From Camelus dromedarius (lineage: Eukaryota): DNA of 64,000 nt. A program made the position numbers and the translations under genes. Shown one piece after another: positions 1 through 12,833 of the stretch (its first letter is position 1; each line of letters begins with the position of its first letter). The notes under the pieces were generated by a model that saw only the letters and a program-made list of their open reading frames with translations, was not told where the DNA came from and made no database searches. Location of the stretch: contig NC_087436.1 in NCBI RefSeq assembly GCF_036321535.1, positions 19,284,001-19,348,000 on the forward strand, read 5' to 3'.

Positions 1-674
1 TCTTATTATATTACAACATCACACTATGTTAAAGTGTATTTTATGATACTTTAACTGATAGTATGTCATGTCTCCTTACCAACTTTAAAAAGACTATGAA
101 AATCCTTCAGTCTCAGTCCCTCCCCCTAATATGCCTTACAAAATGAGGGGGCATCGCTGAAATAATCAAGTGTACAATTTCTAGAGATTTGCAGGTCTAG
201 GGGAATCCATAAATGAAGTACTTTACCAAAAATAAAGACTTTTGCTCACACTTAACCTTGGTCAACATACACTTTAATTCTAGTTCCTTTGAATTCCTCA
301 TGATTAAAGATTGGGGCTAACCCTAGAACACTGCAGTGTGGAGTCACACTGCTTCCACGTGCTAGTGAAGCATCAGCATTCTGCTCAAGGAGATGATTCA
401 GTGCAAACACCAAAAACTGTAGATGAGTATATGGAAACATAGAATAGTCATCCTTTGTTGTTTATTAAATCACTAGCACCAATTTGCACAGCATTGCTGA
501 CTCCTGAATTATTTTTTGCCATACACACAGACTTCCATGTTTTGTTTTGCCCTAAGATCAGAATTAAAGTATCTTTATCTCTTTAAGGGAAACCCCAGAT
601 ATCTCCCTCAAGTCTTGCAAAATGTTGAGACAGAGAAATAAAGTGGTTAAGGGAGTTCTCTGAGAAGACACCTT

Positions 675-1009
675 TGTTAAATTAACAAACAAGGAGGCCA
701 TTAGATGAAGGTGGTTCTAATATCTCAGTGGCCTGCATAAGCAAGCCAAAACCTAAGCCTATACATGCCTCAAGGTTAAGAAATCAAAATCTAGAGACAG
801 TCAATCATAAACAACCAACTAGGATTTTCCAAATAAAGCAACTACTTGAGCTGTAGCTAATCAAATAGTTTCCTTGCTTTTATAAAAGTCTTGCATCTAG
901 CTCCTGTCAGTGGAGTGCTCCTAAAATCTTCCAGTTTGCCATGATTCAGGTTGATTTTTGCTTAAATATCTCTTTAAAACGTTTCAATGTCTGAGCATCT
1001 CTTTTGACA
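675..1009 (+). mobile_element. Solo ERV LTR (ERV1-like) with 4-bp TSD
   Basis: Begins TG (675), ends CA (1009), flanked by CCTT at 671-674 and 1010-1013; internal TATAAAA near 881. Confidence 0.75.
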
Positions 1010-1104
1010 CCTTCTATAGCAATCTCCAGGTCTCCTTTTTCCAGAAGTTTCCTGTTTTAGCCAGAAACAGGTATTTAAACAAGCATTTAAAGTGTAGTGC
1101 TGGT

Positions 1105-2960
1105 CAGGAACAGACCAACAGGTCAATGGAACAAAGAACACTCAGAAACAGCCACAGTTATATATAAAAATTTAATTTATGATAAAGATGGTATTTCAAA
1201 ACAATTGGGAAAGGATGGCATATGTAATTGATGTGCTGAAACCATTGTTTATCTTTAAAGGAGCAAAATCTGTAATGTGTTCCCTACCTTACATCATCTA
1301 ATCAGATAGAATTATAAGTAACCCAGAATCAAATAGAGGACTGTGTTTGGGGAACACCTTCCTAATTAAAAAATCAATGTCAGGTGCAGAATAAACAATG
1401 ACTACAACATATGTGACTACATTAAAAATATTCATAGAGTGAAAAGTTAACTGAACAAAGTTAAAACACCAATAACAGAGCAGGAGAAGGATTTACAACA
1501 ACAACAAAAGCTAATGCTCATAAAACACAAATTATTTTTTAAAAAGATTCATAAAGAACAGAGAAGAAAGAAGAAAGGGAAAAGAAGAAAAGGAGACACA
1601 AGAAAGGGAACAGAAGAAAAAGAGAAAGAAAACGTAGTAGGAAAAGGACAAAGCATAGCATTTGAATTTAAGTTGTTATTAGTTTAAAATAGATTGTTAT
1701 AAATGTAAGATGCTCCAATAAGTGTTCCAAGTATATCCAATAAGACAGGCAGTCCAGTAAGTCGCTCCAATAAGACTGGACAGGCATGCGCAAAAGAATG
1801 AAACTGAATCACTGTCTTACACCAGACACCAAACTTAACTTTAAATGGATTAAAAGTTCAATGCAAGACTTGAAATCATAAAACTCCTAGAAGAAAACAC
1901 AGTGGGTAAGCTCCTTGACGTCAGTCTTGATGATGAATTTTTTGGAATTGACACGAAAGCAAAGGCAACAAAACAAAAGCAAAATAAACAATGAGACTAC
2001 TTCAAACTAAAAAGCTTCTGTACAGCAAAGGAAGCCATCAACAAATGTAAAGGAAATTTAGGAACAGGAGAAAATATTTGCGAAATATCTGTCTGATAAG
2101 AATTTGTATTGATATTATATAAAGAACTGTTATAACTCAGTAACAAGATAAAGAATGCAATTTAAGAAATAGGCAAAAGATTTGAACAGGCATTTCACCA
2201 GAGAAGGTATATATATATAGCAAATGAGCACCTGAAAAGATTCTCAGCACCATTAGTCATTAGAGAAATGCAGATTAAAACCACAATGAGCTATCACTAC
2301 ACACCTACTGAAATGACTAAAATTTAAACTTCTGAACATACCAAATGCTAGAGCAACCAGAATTCTCAAAATCAGTAATGGAAATATGAAACTGTACAGC
2401 TGCTTTGGAAAAGAGTTTAGCAGTTTCTTATCAATTTAACCACACACCACATGACCAGCAACCCATTCTTAGGTATTTACCTAAGAGAAATGAAAACATG
2501 TGTCCACACAAAGACCTGTGTGTGAATATTTATAGCAATTTTATTCATAATAGCCCAAAAACTGGAAATGACCCAAATGTTCATCAATGGTGAATGAATT
2601 AGCAAATTGTAGTATATTCGTGAAATGAAATACGACTCAGCAATAAAATGAAAGCAACTATTATTAAATATAACAAGATGAACATCAATGCTAAGTGGCA
2701 GAAGCCAATCACAAAAGTTCCATTTAGATAACGTTCTACAGAATGGAAATCAGATCAGTAGCTGCGAATAGCTGGGGGTAGAAAAAGGGAAGTGACTATT
2801 AAAAAGGAATCTTGGGAGCTGTTGAAATGTTCTGCATTTTGCTTTGGCAGCAGTTGCACACGTTATAAACGCTTCTCATTTCTCAAATTGAACTGTACAC
2901 TTGAAGGTACATTTTAGTATTAAATTATAACTCAATAAATATGACTTTTAAAAAAGCAAA
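1105..2960 (+). mobile_element. Fragmented old LINE-1 (ORF2 3' part and 3' UTR)
   Basis: Typical L1 motifs: aaaactcctagaagaaaaca, aaactaaaaagcttctgtacagcaaag, agagaaatgcagattaaaaccacaatgag, ctcaataaa with an A-rich end; no intact ORF. Confidence 0.9.
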
Positions 2961-4959
2961 AGACGAAAAGAAGTTTGCGACTATAGAGTAAATTCAGCCT
3001 GATCACATTGTTATTTAAATATAATTCTGTGTATTTGTGGTCACGTATATATTTAAATACATACAGAAAAAGGTCTTAAACGTTCTAAACCCAAATGTGA
3101 ACTGTGATACCTCTAGGGAATGGGAAAGTGGAAATAATTTTACTTTTTATACATCTGCATTGTTTAAATTTTTTCCACATATATGACTATCTATTGTGTG
3201 TATATGTTTTAACAATAAAAATACTAAAGACAAAGAAGATTCTCCTACTGTGGTGTAAAATGTTGCCTTAACCATTTTCATTACAAATACCCCATCTCAT
3301 CTCACTCTATTAAAAAAATGAGATAAACTGTAAGAAAACTTTATTTTCCTTTTATAAGAACAATTCTAGCTTTGAAGTTCTAAATCCAAACAACAAGTAC
3401 TGATTTTTTTTCCTCTGAAACCTTTTCTGTAATAACAGCCTTTTGCTTATAGTGTCTTTTTAAATTAATTTTAAGATCCCTTAAAAAGGTGTCCGGAAAA
3501 TTTTGTGAGAAGATTTTTAATCAAAATGTCCGCATCTTTGAAAACACTTCAGGAAATTAGATATATCAAACATAAACCTGTTGGGAAGGTCAACAGAAAC
3601 CAGGATTTATGATCAAATGCTAAACAGCCACACTGCTGTCTCCCTTCTGATAGATTTAATCAAAAGGTTTCTTCAGCGCTTTCTCCTTAAATTTCAATTT
3701 GAGTCATTTTTACTTGTGAAACTGAAAACAAACCTGAAAACAAAATCAAGGTTTTACGATGACAGATGCAAATCACAATTGCATCAAATGCTGGTTCTTA
3801 CCTATAAAAGATCCTTCCATAAATAATGCAGCGAGGACCACTCACAGAGAAAGTATAAGTATTTACGATGGTCTCTAATTCCTTTTTTATCAAAATGACA
3901 GTGCCTGAAATACAGCATTCCATAGTGTACCACCATTACTTGCAGTTTCAGTTTCTCCCTTAAAAAATTTGCTACCATATCATCATACCTTTTCTGGTTA
4001 TCATACTTTCTAATAAAATTCCCTAAAAGTGGTTTTTAAAAATTGCATCCCAGGTTACAGTAAACAAATATCTTTGTGCTCCTGCATTTTAGGTTAACAC
4101 TGATAATATCCTGGCATAGACACCTACTGATCTAATTTTTAAGTAAGGACCCTTTAAGGACCCTTTATCTTTATTCTCTTTCCCATGTCTTCCCTTCTGG
4201 GGGCCTTCCTTTCCTCTCACAGGATAGACATAATGTATCTACACAGAAATTATGGTATGTATAGAAATGTAGAAGACATATCAGGAGCCTCGTTTAAAGG
4301 TGAAATATAAGGAGTCTTTAGAAAAAGAAATGAACATAACTTCCATTAAGGTGAAAGGCTCTAACTGCCTTCTTTCCTAAGTAACTTTACCCGGATATTT
4401 TTCAAGGAATACATCATATTATTGTTATCCCTAACTGGTATTTATCTCCTCTTCCTTCCCACACACACACTATAGAAATTATAAAGTATGCCCTGGAGAG
4501 TTATATGGCCATGTTATTATTTGGAGATTCTTATATTTTAAAAACAATGACCTGAATTGAGGTCAAAGAAAGAAAGAAACTCAAAGAAAATCAAAGAAAG
4601 AAAAAGATTCAAATGCCCTAGATTTAATTAATACTTCACTAAAAACTGCTTTTCTTTCCAAACATCTTGCTTTTGTTTCTGACCTCTCAAGCTCTGTATG
4701 AAGTAACAGTTCATAAAATCACCCCATAAAATTTATGAAATTGAAATTGACTATATTGTTGTCTCCAAAATTTTGAGTGTATATACCATAACCTTATATT
4801 TTATATATATATGAATTACCACAACATGTAAAAAAAAAAGTTTTCATTGCTATTTGCTTGGACAATCTAGAATTTACGAGGCTGAATAAATTTAGCATCA
4901 GAGGATAATCAGCTTGTCACCACTTGTAAAGCCCTAAACTTTAAAACAATGTTCTGCAT

Positions 4960-5500
4960 CCACTAGTGGTCAAAGAAATGCAAATTAACAATGACTTCAT
5001 ACTAATATTTTACCACATATGATGAAAATTTTAAAAGAATACAAATAACCAGCGTTTTTGTGGGTAAAACAAGGTGGAAGAAATGGAAATTGTTAAAAAA
5101 AATTAATCTAAGAGCAATTTGACAGCATGTACCAAAAGCCTTTAAAAATTTTATGACCTTGCAATTTCATCTCTAAAAACTTATCTGAAGAAATAATCAG
5201 ACAAGTGAGAAATGTTGAAGGTGCAAAGCTATTTATTGAAGTTTCTTCCTAATGCTAGCAAAAGAACAAACAAAACCTAGATTCACTCTTAAATACCCAA
5301 TAATAAGTAATTGGTCAAATAACTGATAGTGCCTTCATACTAGGTATATCAGTTTTCTATTGCTGCTGCCACAAATTACTACAAATTTAGCGTTTATATT
5401 ATTGAATATGCACAGAAAGCTGTTCTTGAAAGATATACCACAAAATGTTAACAGTTGTTACGTCTAAAGGTAGAATTTCAGGTGATATCAATTTATTTTT
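4960..5500 (+). mobile_element. Degenerate L1 (L1ME-like) fragment with a small MLT-like piece near 5345-5390
   Basis: caaagaaatgcaaattaa, gcaatttgacagcatgtaccaaaagcc and caaaatgttaacagttgtta motifs. Confidence 0.65.
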
Positions 5501-6513
5501 GATGCGTATTGTAGAAAACATTAATTGCTTTTTAAGGTGATATAATTCATTCAGGACTGAGGTTCCCAGTGCAGTTATCTCTTCACCTTTGCTAACTGTA
5601 AAGATGCTGTAGGTTTAATCTAGCTTTGAAACTACATGTCCTGACTGCCATTAAGGTTATGTGTGATGATTCAAGGAGGAAATTTTTCAGTCAAACTTTA
5701 GCATCATTCTTTAATCATAATTTATTCAATTTAGGTTAATCTGTCCTTTTTAAAAAAGTATTATTGCTATATCCAATATCTAATATATTCTGAACCTATG
5801 ACCTTTTTGATGGACATAAATAAGAAAAAGGAATAGTCTTCATTCTTCCTTTACTCAGTTAATTCACCAGAAGCAATTTATGTGAAAATAACTTAGAAAT
5901 AATTAAACTCCTAATAAAAAAAACCTAAGGAGAAATACAAGCCTCAGAATTTAGAGCAATAACTTAGCTAACAAAGCCAAAAGAATGTGATTAGGAAAAT
6001 CAAGTTCATTCTCAAAACATGTACAGGATGAACAGAACCCTCGTTTTTTTAAACCTTCTGGATTAAGAATTTAATTTTTTCTAATGGTTATCCAGTTAGT
6101 CAATAAGCATTAAGGAGAGATTGTTTTGTGAGAACACAGTAATAGGCTTTCTGTATATATTCTTTAATATGCCATAAAATCTCTGCTCTGAAGAAGTGTA
6201 CATAGGAGCTGAAGATTAAGGACTCTGTAATATATATTTTGTAAACACTCATAATGCAACACATTAGCGAATTATTCAACTCCAGCATCTTATTTCTAAC
6301 ATATGGCTCAGATCTCAAGAATAATGATACATCATCATATTTTATATCTAGCATACAAAATTATGGCAGAATCAGGAAGTACTCAAGAAGTTCAGTTTTG
6401 CTGCCTTGGACTTGCAATTCTGTTAGTATTTCTGCAGCAGCCAGACTCCCTCAAGATCGTATTTATTTATTTATTTTATTTACCCTATGTGTCAGTTAAA
6501 AATAGCATGTTTA

Positions 6514-7235
6514 CCTCACAAACCGCTTCTGGGACTACAATTTGGTGTAGTCACTATGGAAAACAGTATGGAGATTTCTTTAAAAACTGGAAATAGACTT
6601 ACCCTATGATCCAGCAATCCCACTCCTGGGCATATATCCAGAGGGAACTGTAACTCAAAAAGACACATGCACCCCAATGTTCATAGCAGCACAGTTAACA
6701 ATATAGCCAAGACATGGAAGCAACCTAAATGCCCATCAACAGATGAATGGATAAAGAAAATGTGTTATATATATACAATGGAAAACTACTCAGCCATAAA
6801 ATAGAATGAAATAATGCCACTTGCAGCAACATGGATGGACCTAGAGATCATCATTCTGTGAAGTAAGCCAGAAAGAGAAAGAAAAATACCATACGGTATC
6901 ACTCATATGGGGAATCTACGAAAATGAGACAAATGAACTTATTTACAAACAGAAACAGACTCACAGACATAGAAATAAGCATATGGTTACCAAAGGGAAG
7001 AGGTAGGAGGGATAAACCAGGAGTTTGGGTTTAGCAGATACAAACTACTCTATAAAAAATAGATAAGGAACAAGGTCCTACTGTATAGCACAGGGAACTA
7101 TATTCAACACTTGTAATAGCCTATAATGAAAAGGAACATGAAAAAGAATACATACATAACCGAATCACTATGCTGTACACCAGAAACTAACACAATGTTG
7201 TAAATCAACTATGCTTCAATTAAAAACAAATGCAT
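6514..7235 (+). mobile_element. 5'-truncated, relatively young L1 with 16-bp TSD
   Basis: L1 ORF2 end and 3' UTR (tatgatccagcaatcccactcctggg; atggataaagaaaatgtg). TSD AAAAATAGCATGTTTA at 6498-6513 and 7236-7251. Confidence 0.93.
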
Positions 7236-7279
7236 AAAAATAGCATGTTTAATAACAAGTGTGTTTAAAATAATTCATT

Positions 7280-7560
7280 TATATCCATAAGGTTAGGCTG
7301 TACAATAAGAAATGACCCCAATCTCAGTGGCTCGTGGCAACAAGGCAGCTTTCTCATGTGTTGACTTTGGCTGTGGTTCTGCCTCCTGTCCCCTTTACCC
7401 TGGGATCCAGGCTGAGGAAACCCCCATCTGAGACATCACCCTTCTCATGACAGAGAGAAAAGAGGAATGGTGGACATAAATGATGGTTCCTAAAAGTTTC
7501 TGCCTGTAAATTATATATGTCACATCCGCTCACATTTCAAAGGCCCTTATTCTGCCCCTG
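7280..7560 (-). mobile_element. MLT1-type (MaLR) LTR fragment
   Basis: ggttaggctg...ccccaatctcagtggc and gggatccaggctga...cacatttca resemble MLT1 consensus segments. Confidence 0.6.
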
Positions 7561-7679
7561 GGTTGCGAAGTCAGAAACCCAGACCCTTCAGATCAGGGCC
7601 TGCTCTCCTCATTGAGTGGGATGAGGACCAATGCTAGGGGGTTTTTTTTGTTTTGGGTTTTTTTTTTTTCATTCAAGTC

Positions 7680-8081
7680 TGTTTTTCTTCCTTCCACCAC
7701 CAATCCCAAAATTCACTTCTCTCCTTAGGCACCTCACCCCCTACTCTAGTCTGTCCAGACTATGCCTTAATGTGTGTGTCCCTGAGAGACATAAGTGTTG
7801 TCAGGTCTAAGTTTGTGTCTTCAATGGCCCCAGATGAGATCGTGCCAGGTCTGTGTGCACCACATTAAAGCTTTCCATTCCCCTAAGGTTAAACTTTCAC
7901 ATTGCTTCCAATTGCCCATCCTACAGTCTTCGATGCGGACCCTTGTGCAAGTCCCTCCAGGACTATGTGTAAGTGTCTGGAAGGCATACTCCAGAGGAGG
8001 AGCATTGGCTAAAGCGAATCCGGGTAGTGTTGCAGAGGCTGCCAGAAGCTTCTCTCGGGGCACTGCAAAGTCACCCTCCCT
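7680..8081 (-). mobile_element. Highly diverged antisense L1 3' fragment
   Basis: ttgcttccaattg...ccttgtgcaagt...gccagaagcttctctc...ccctccctcagcag follows the reverse L1M 3' pattern. Confidence 0.45.
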
Positions 8082-8840
8082 CAGCAGCGTGCTAGAGCCA
8101 GTTTACACAGGTGTGCGAGAGCCAGTCGTTAAATGTTTAAGAATTTTACAAGTTTAACACGGCCATTGTTAAAAAGTAAACTTCATTTTACTGTATTCAC
8201 TTCACTACTTTACCTTTTGCACGGTGTTGTACCTCATTTCGCTATGACCCATGCTCTAGGTGTTGCCTACCTCTATTGTGGCTGTTCGTGAATGCTGAAA
8301 ATGTTACGTAACTGTACCACCTCATCTCATCCCATTTATATCTCATCCCAACCCCACTTCATGGATATCACACTGATAGCCTCAACTCAGCAGCAGTGGA
8401 AGCATTTACACCGTGAATGTTGGCAAAGGCTACAAATCAGGGCTTGACTGTTTTGTTGATTATCCAGACAAGAAGGTGATGGAGAAAAATGAAGATTAAA
8501 CTTAAAAGTATGTTGTATTTGTAGTCATTACATTGTGAATAACACACACACACACACACATGCACACACACAAACTGAGGCAATTTCTCCCAGTTCTCAA
8601 AAACTATCATCCAATTCAGTAAAGAAATCCCTCATGTCACTGATTATAGAGTGAAGTTCTGACATAAGTGGTGCTGAAGCTAAAAGTGTTTCAGTTTAAC
8701 AATAATTTTTTGGAGCTGAAAAATGGTTTTACAGTTGATTACATATCAAATTTAATGACAATACCTTTACTGGGAAAATAGCAGATTGGAACTCAACTCC
8801 ATTTATAAAATAATAATTGAATTGTAACCACTGATTTGCT
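8082..8840 (+). mobile_element. Zaphod-like hAT-Tip100 DNA transposon fossil
   Basis: Terminus cagcagcgtgctagagcc...gcgagagcc and internal catttacacc...ggcaaaggctacaaatcagggct match the recalled Zaphod consensus; (CA)n at ~8543-8572. Confidence 0.7.
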
Positions 8841-9169
8841 GAAATTAAAATCTTTGTTTACTGTATCCAAGCTGTATGTAAGTGTTCATAGCAGCTTTAT
8901 TCATAATAACAAAAAACTTGAAACAATCCAGATAATTGTAACTCTGTTTATAGCTTGCGATAGTTGTAGTATGATGTATTTGAGTACTCAATTTTATGTC
9001 CTTGAAACCAATTCTGGGTCATCAGGAAAAATTCTACTTAGCCACTGGTTTAACAGAGAAGACATACTACTAGGAGAAGGTATTGGCAGTATCAAAAAGC
9101 AATAATCATTATCATGAATAAAAATTATAGATGTGCAAATAAATAAATAATACCTTATTGTCTTTATAC

Positions 9170-10062
9170 AAACTCACTTAACTGCTCTGCCTAAGATCTT
9201 TGCTCAAATATCATCTACTCAGACAAGACTTTCCTCACAATCCTATTTTTAAAAATACACATGCATCTTCATCACAATGACTACCTCCTTTATTCTTTAT
9301 CTTCATAGAGTGCTCACTTTATCTTACGTGGTTTCTTGCTTATTTCCTTGTTGTTATTCTCCCCCACTGCTAAATTAACATTAATTAAACAGAACACAGG
9401 GTGCCAGATGATGAGCAGCAAAAGACCACAGGAGAAACTGAAATGACGTTTACTGCTCACAAGTCCTGGCAGAAGTACACAGCACATTTTGAGCAGCCAC
9501 ACTGGGAGGCCAGGCAGGTGCAGATACTGGGAGAGGCAGGACCTGGGGCACATGCCTTTATTAGTGTCCATGGGCGGAGTGCTTTAGGGTTCCTGGGCGA
9601 GGACCAGATTGGTCAGTTCAAACCAAAGGAAGCAGGGTTTTAGAAAGCTCCACGGGGTCTTATCTAAGAGGCACAAAAGGGGAAGGTCCTGGGAGGTAGG
9701 GAAGACGTTTACCACAAGGGCTGTTGGGGAAGTCATATCAAGAACTCACAACTGCTTGAGACACTGTTATCAAGGGCATGTTCTCTCACAAGGGGATTAG
9801 TATCTGTAAGGTCCCTTCAGGTTAGTTGGCAAAGCAAGATGGGTTTCAAGGCAGCAACACCATGGAGTAGCCCGGCCGAACTCTCAATACCCACTAACTC
9901 GTAAGTTCTATGAGGGTGTGAACACCATTCATCTTCGTCACTGTTGTACTCACAGCCCCAGGATAGGGACTGGCATATAGTAAGTTCTCAATAAATATTT
10001 GTTGAGTGAACAGATGAATGGATGTATGTGAATGAATGAATGAATGAATGAATGAATGAATA
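9170..10062 (+). mobile_element. L2 3' end interrupted by an LTR, with (GAAT)n tail
   Basis: taagttctatgaggg...tggcatatagtaagttctcaataaatatttgttgagtgaa followed by (GAAT)n at ~10030-10061. Confidence 0.85.
9368..9889. mobile_element. Solo LTR (ERVL-like) nested in L2 with 5-bp TSD
   Basis: Starts TG at 9368 and ends TA (probably a decayed CA) at 9889. CCCAC at 9363-9367 and 9890-9894; the L2 sequence rejoins across it. Confidence 0.7.
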
Positions 10063-10489
10063 AACTCAATGTTTCAGACTCATATAGTTGGAGTAAGACT
10101 AGCTATGGAAGAAATACTGGAGCAAAGCCCAAAGGACCACAAAAGACATTCTTCATAATCATTAAAACAATAACTTTTATTGAGTGCCAGCTGTGTGTCA
10201 AATCCCATGACTACAAAAAGCTATAAAATGAAAATCCATCCCTGAGGCCTACAATGTAATTAAGGAAATAGAATATACTTACAAAGAAATTAGTAATAAT
10301 AGAATGCAATAATTTCATGATTAGTAAAATATCTTCAAGTGGTACAAGATGTTTCAACTTCATGCAAATAGGTGTGTGTGTAAATATACATATATGAGAG
10401 ATTTTTGTAGTTTCACAAGTAAGTGTAATATAGGGGGAAAAAGTCAAAGCAGACTTGTCAGGGCTAAAAGGATCTGCTAGTAATTTATT

Positions 10490-12500
10490 GTGTCTTATAG
10501 CACAACATTCAACAGCATTCAGAAAAAATCCAGTCTCTCAAAAATGTGTCATAACAATGTCCAGCTTACAACAGCAGATTATTAGATTTATGAAAAACTA
10601 GAAAACTATGGCTCCTAACCAAGAAAAACAACAGGCAATAGACACAGACCTGAGGTGATCTGGATTTTAGTATTAGCAGATAAGGACTTTAAATAAGATA
10701 TTATAACTCTGTTCACGGGCTTAGAGGAAAAGATAGTCATACTAAGTAAGCATATGCAGAATCTCAGCAGAGAAATAGAAACTATAAAAAAGAGCTAAAT
10801 GGAAGTCCTGGAAGTATAAATTATGCTAATATATATATATTATGTGTTATAAATATTTTTTAATTCCTGGATGGGCTTAAGAGTATATTGGAAACTGTAG
10901 GAGAAAGTTATCATGAACTTGACAGCAAATCAAAAAGAATTATCCAACAAAACAGAGGGGGAAAATGATCGAAAAAAATTAACAAACTCAGTGACCTGAA
11001 GGACAATACAAAATATTCTAACACATACAGTATAACTAGTGTCCCAGTTGGAGAGGAGAGAGGAGACAAGGCCATATATGTATGTGAGAAAAATAACGCC
11101 AAAATTTTCCAAATGTGGTGTAAAACATCAACTTCCAAATCCAACAAGTGGAACCCCAAATAAAAAAGGGTAGCAAACCTGGGTACATCAAAGTCAAACT
11201 GCTGATGATCCAGGTTAAAGAGAAAATCTAATAGAGAAAAAAGTACATGATATACAACAACAGAAGCGATGGCAGACTTCACATCAGAAATCATGGAAGT
11301 CAGAAGACAATCAAATAACATTTGTAAACTGCTGAAGGGAGAAGCGGTTGCTTCTGGCAGGTAGAGATTAACTGAAAGGAATCACAAGGGAACTTTCTGA
11401 GGTGATGGAAACATTCTATATCTTGATTAGTTATTGTTTATATAAAGCTATGCACTTTTTCGAAACTCACTGAATTATGCATTTAAAAAAGCTATCAAAT
11501 TAGAACTCTCTGTCGAATGAATACATCCTGAATGGTTGGAATAAAGACATTTGAAAATGAACAAAAACACACAATCCAAAAGCAGCTGCTAATGAAAGCT
11601 ATTAAAAAAATAAACTCAAACCACAGATTGGGAGAAACTATTCACCATTCAATTATATGACAAAGACCTTAGACCCAGAATATAGAAAGAATTCATACAA
11701 CTCAATAAAATCAAGACACACATTCCAATTTAATAAAAAGGCAAAGTATTTGAACACACACGTGTTTTATGGCAGGTAAAGTTTACTTCAGGAAACAAAA
11801 ATCACCGCAGAATTTTCGAATAAATTGGCACCCCAATTTTTAAATAAATAAGGGAACGCAAAGCTTACAAATAGTCAAGACACCATTGAAGAAGGAGGAG
11901 GAAGAGAACAAATTAGGAGAACATGTTTTGCACTAAAATCAAGACTTACTGTAAATCCATTGTAATTTTAGAATGTAGCATTTGTGAATGAGTAAGTAAA
12001 TTGACCAATGGAATACAGAAGCCCAAAGCAGAACCATACCCAGATGGAACCTTGGTTTATGCCAGAGATGGCACTGAAAAATTACCAAAACAGACTATTC
12101 AATGACTAGTACTGGGAGACTCGGCTATTCACATGGGAATAAAATTGGAGCTTTATCTTAATACATACACAAAACAATAAATGCCAAATTGATTGACGAT
12201 TTAAATGTGAAGGGCAAAACTTCAAGACTTTCAGAAAAAAATATAGGAGAATACTTTTATGGCCTCATGTTAAGAAAGAACCTTTCAAACAAAAGATATC
12301 AATAAATTTGACAAATTAAAAATTTTAAATTTCTGTTCATCAAGAGACACCAAAAGCAGAGTGGGGAGAAAAAAGCCACAAAATGAATGATAAAACAAGG
12401 GTAAACAAAATTTGTGAAGAACTTCCATGAAACTATAAGAAAAGAGATACACAACTCCCCCTAAAAAATTGGACAAAAAGAAATAAACATTTCTGAGAAG
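10490..12500 (+). mobile_element. Patchwork of old L1 ORF1/ORF2/3' fragments
   Basis: aatctcagcagagaaatagaaactataaaaaaga, gcagacttcacatcagaaatcatggaagtcagaagacaat, aatttctgttcatcaagagacacc. Confidence 0.85.
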
Positions 12501-12515
12501 AAAAAAATTATAAAA

Positions 12516-12516
<1 letters not shown>

Positions 12517-12553
<37 letters not shown>

Positions 12554-12570
12554 CCACACACACACACACA
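12517..12570. repeat. (CA)n microsatellite, interrupted
   Basis: Direct reading. Confidence 0.95.
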
Positions 12571-12717
12571 GAAAAAATGCCCAACTTCATCTGCAGCACT
12601 GTGAGCTCTTCCTTTTTTATTTAATATAAACAGGGGCGGAGGGTAATGCTTTAAAAAAAAAAGTAGGGGTGCAGTAAATCAATGTGTTAACACAAAATAA
12701 ACACATGTTCAAATCAA

Positions 12718-12833
12718 CATATGTATGTATACATATGACTGAACTATTACACTGTACACCAGACGCTGACACAACATTGTAAGCTGACTATACTTCAATT
12801 TAAAAAAAGGAAATGAAGCCAAAAAAAAAAAAA
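12718..12833 (+). mobile_element. Very short L1 3' terminus
   Basis: actgtacaccaga...acacaacattgtaagctgactatacttcaat plus an A tail; same 3' end type as 6514-7235. Confidence 0.8.

Noticed and set aside
3722..3801. Mini-intron-like signals on the minus strand (AG|GTAAGA at 3801; TTTTCAG acceptors at 3734 and 3722)
   Set aside because: No flanking reading frame or promoter evidence; such signals occur often by chance.
10911..11321. 136-aa hydrophobic ORF
   Set aside because: Antisense reading of a decayed L1 ORF1 fragment.
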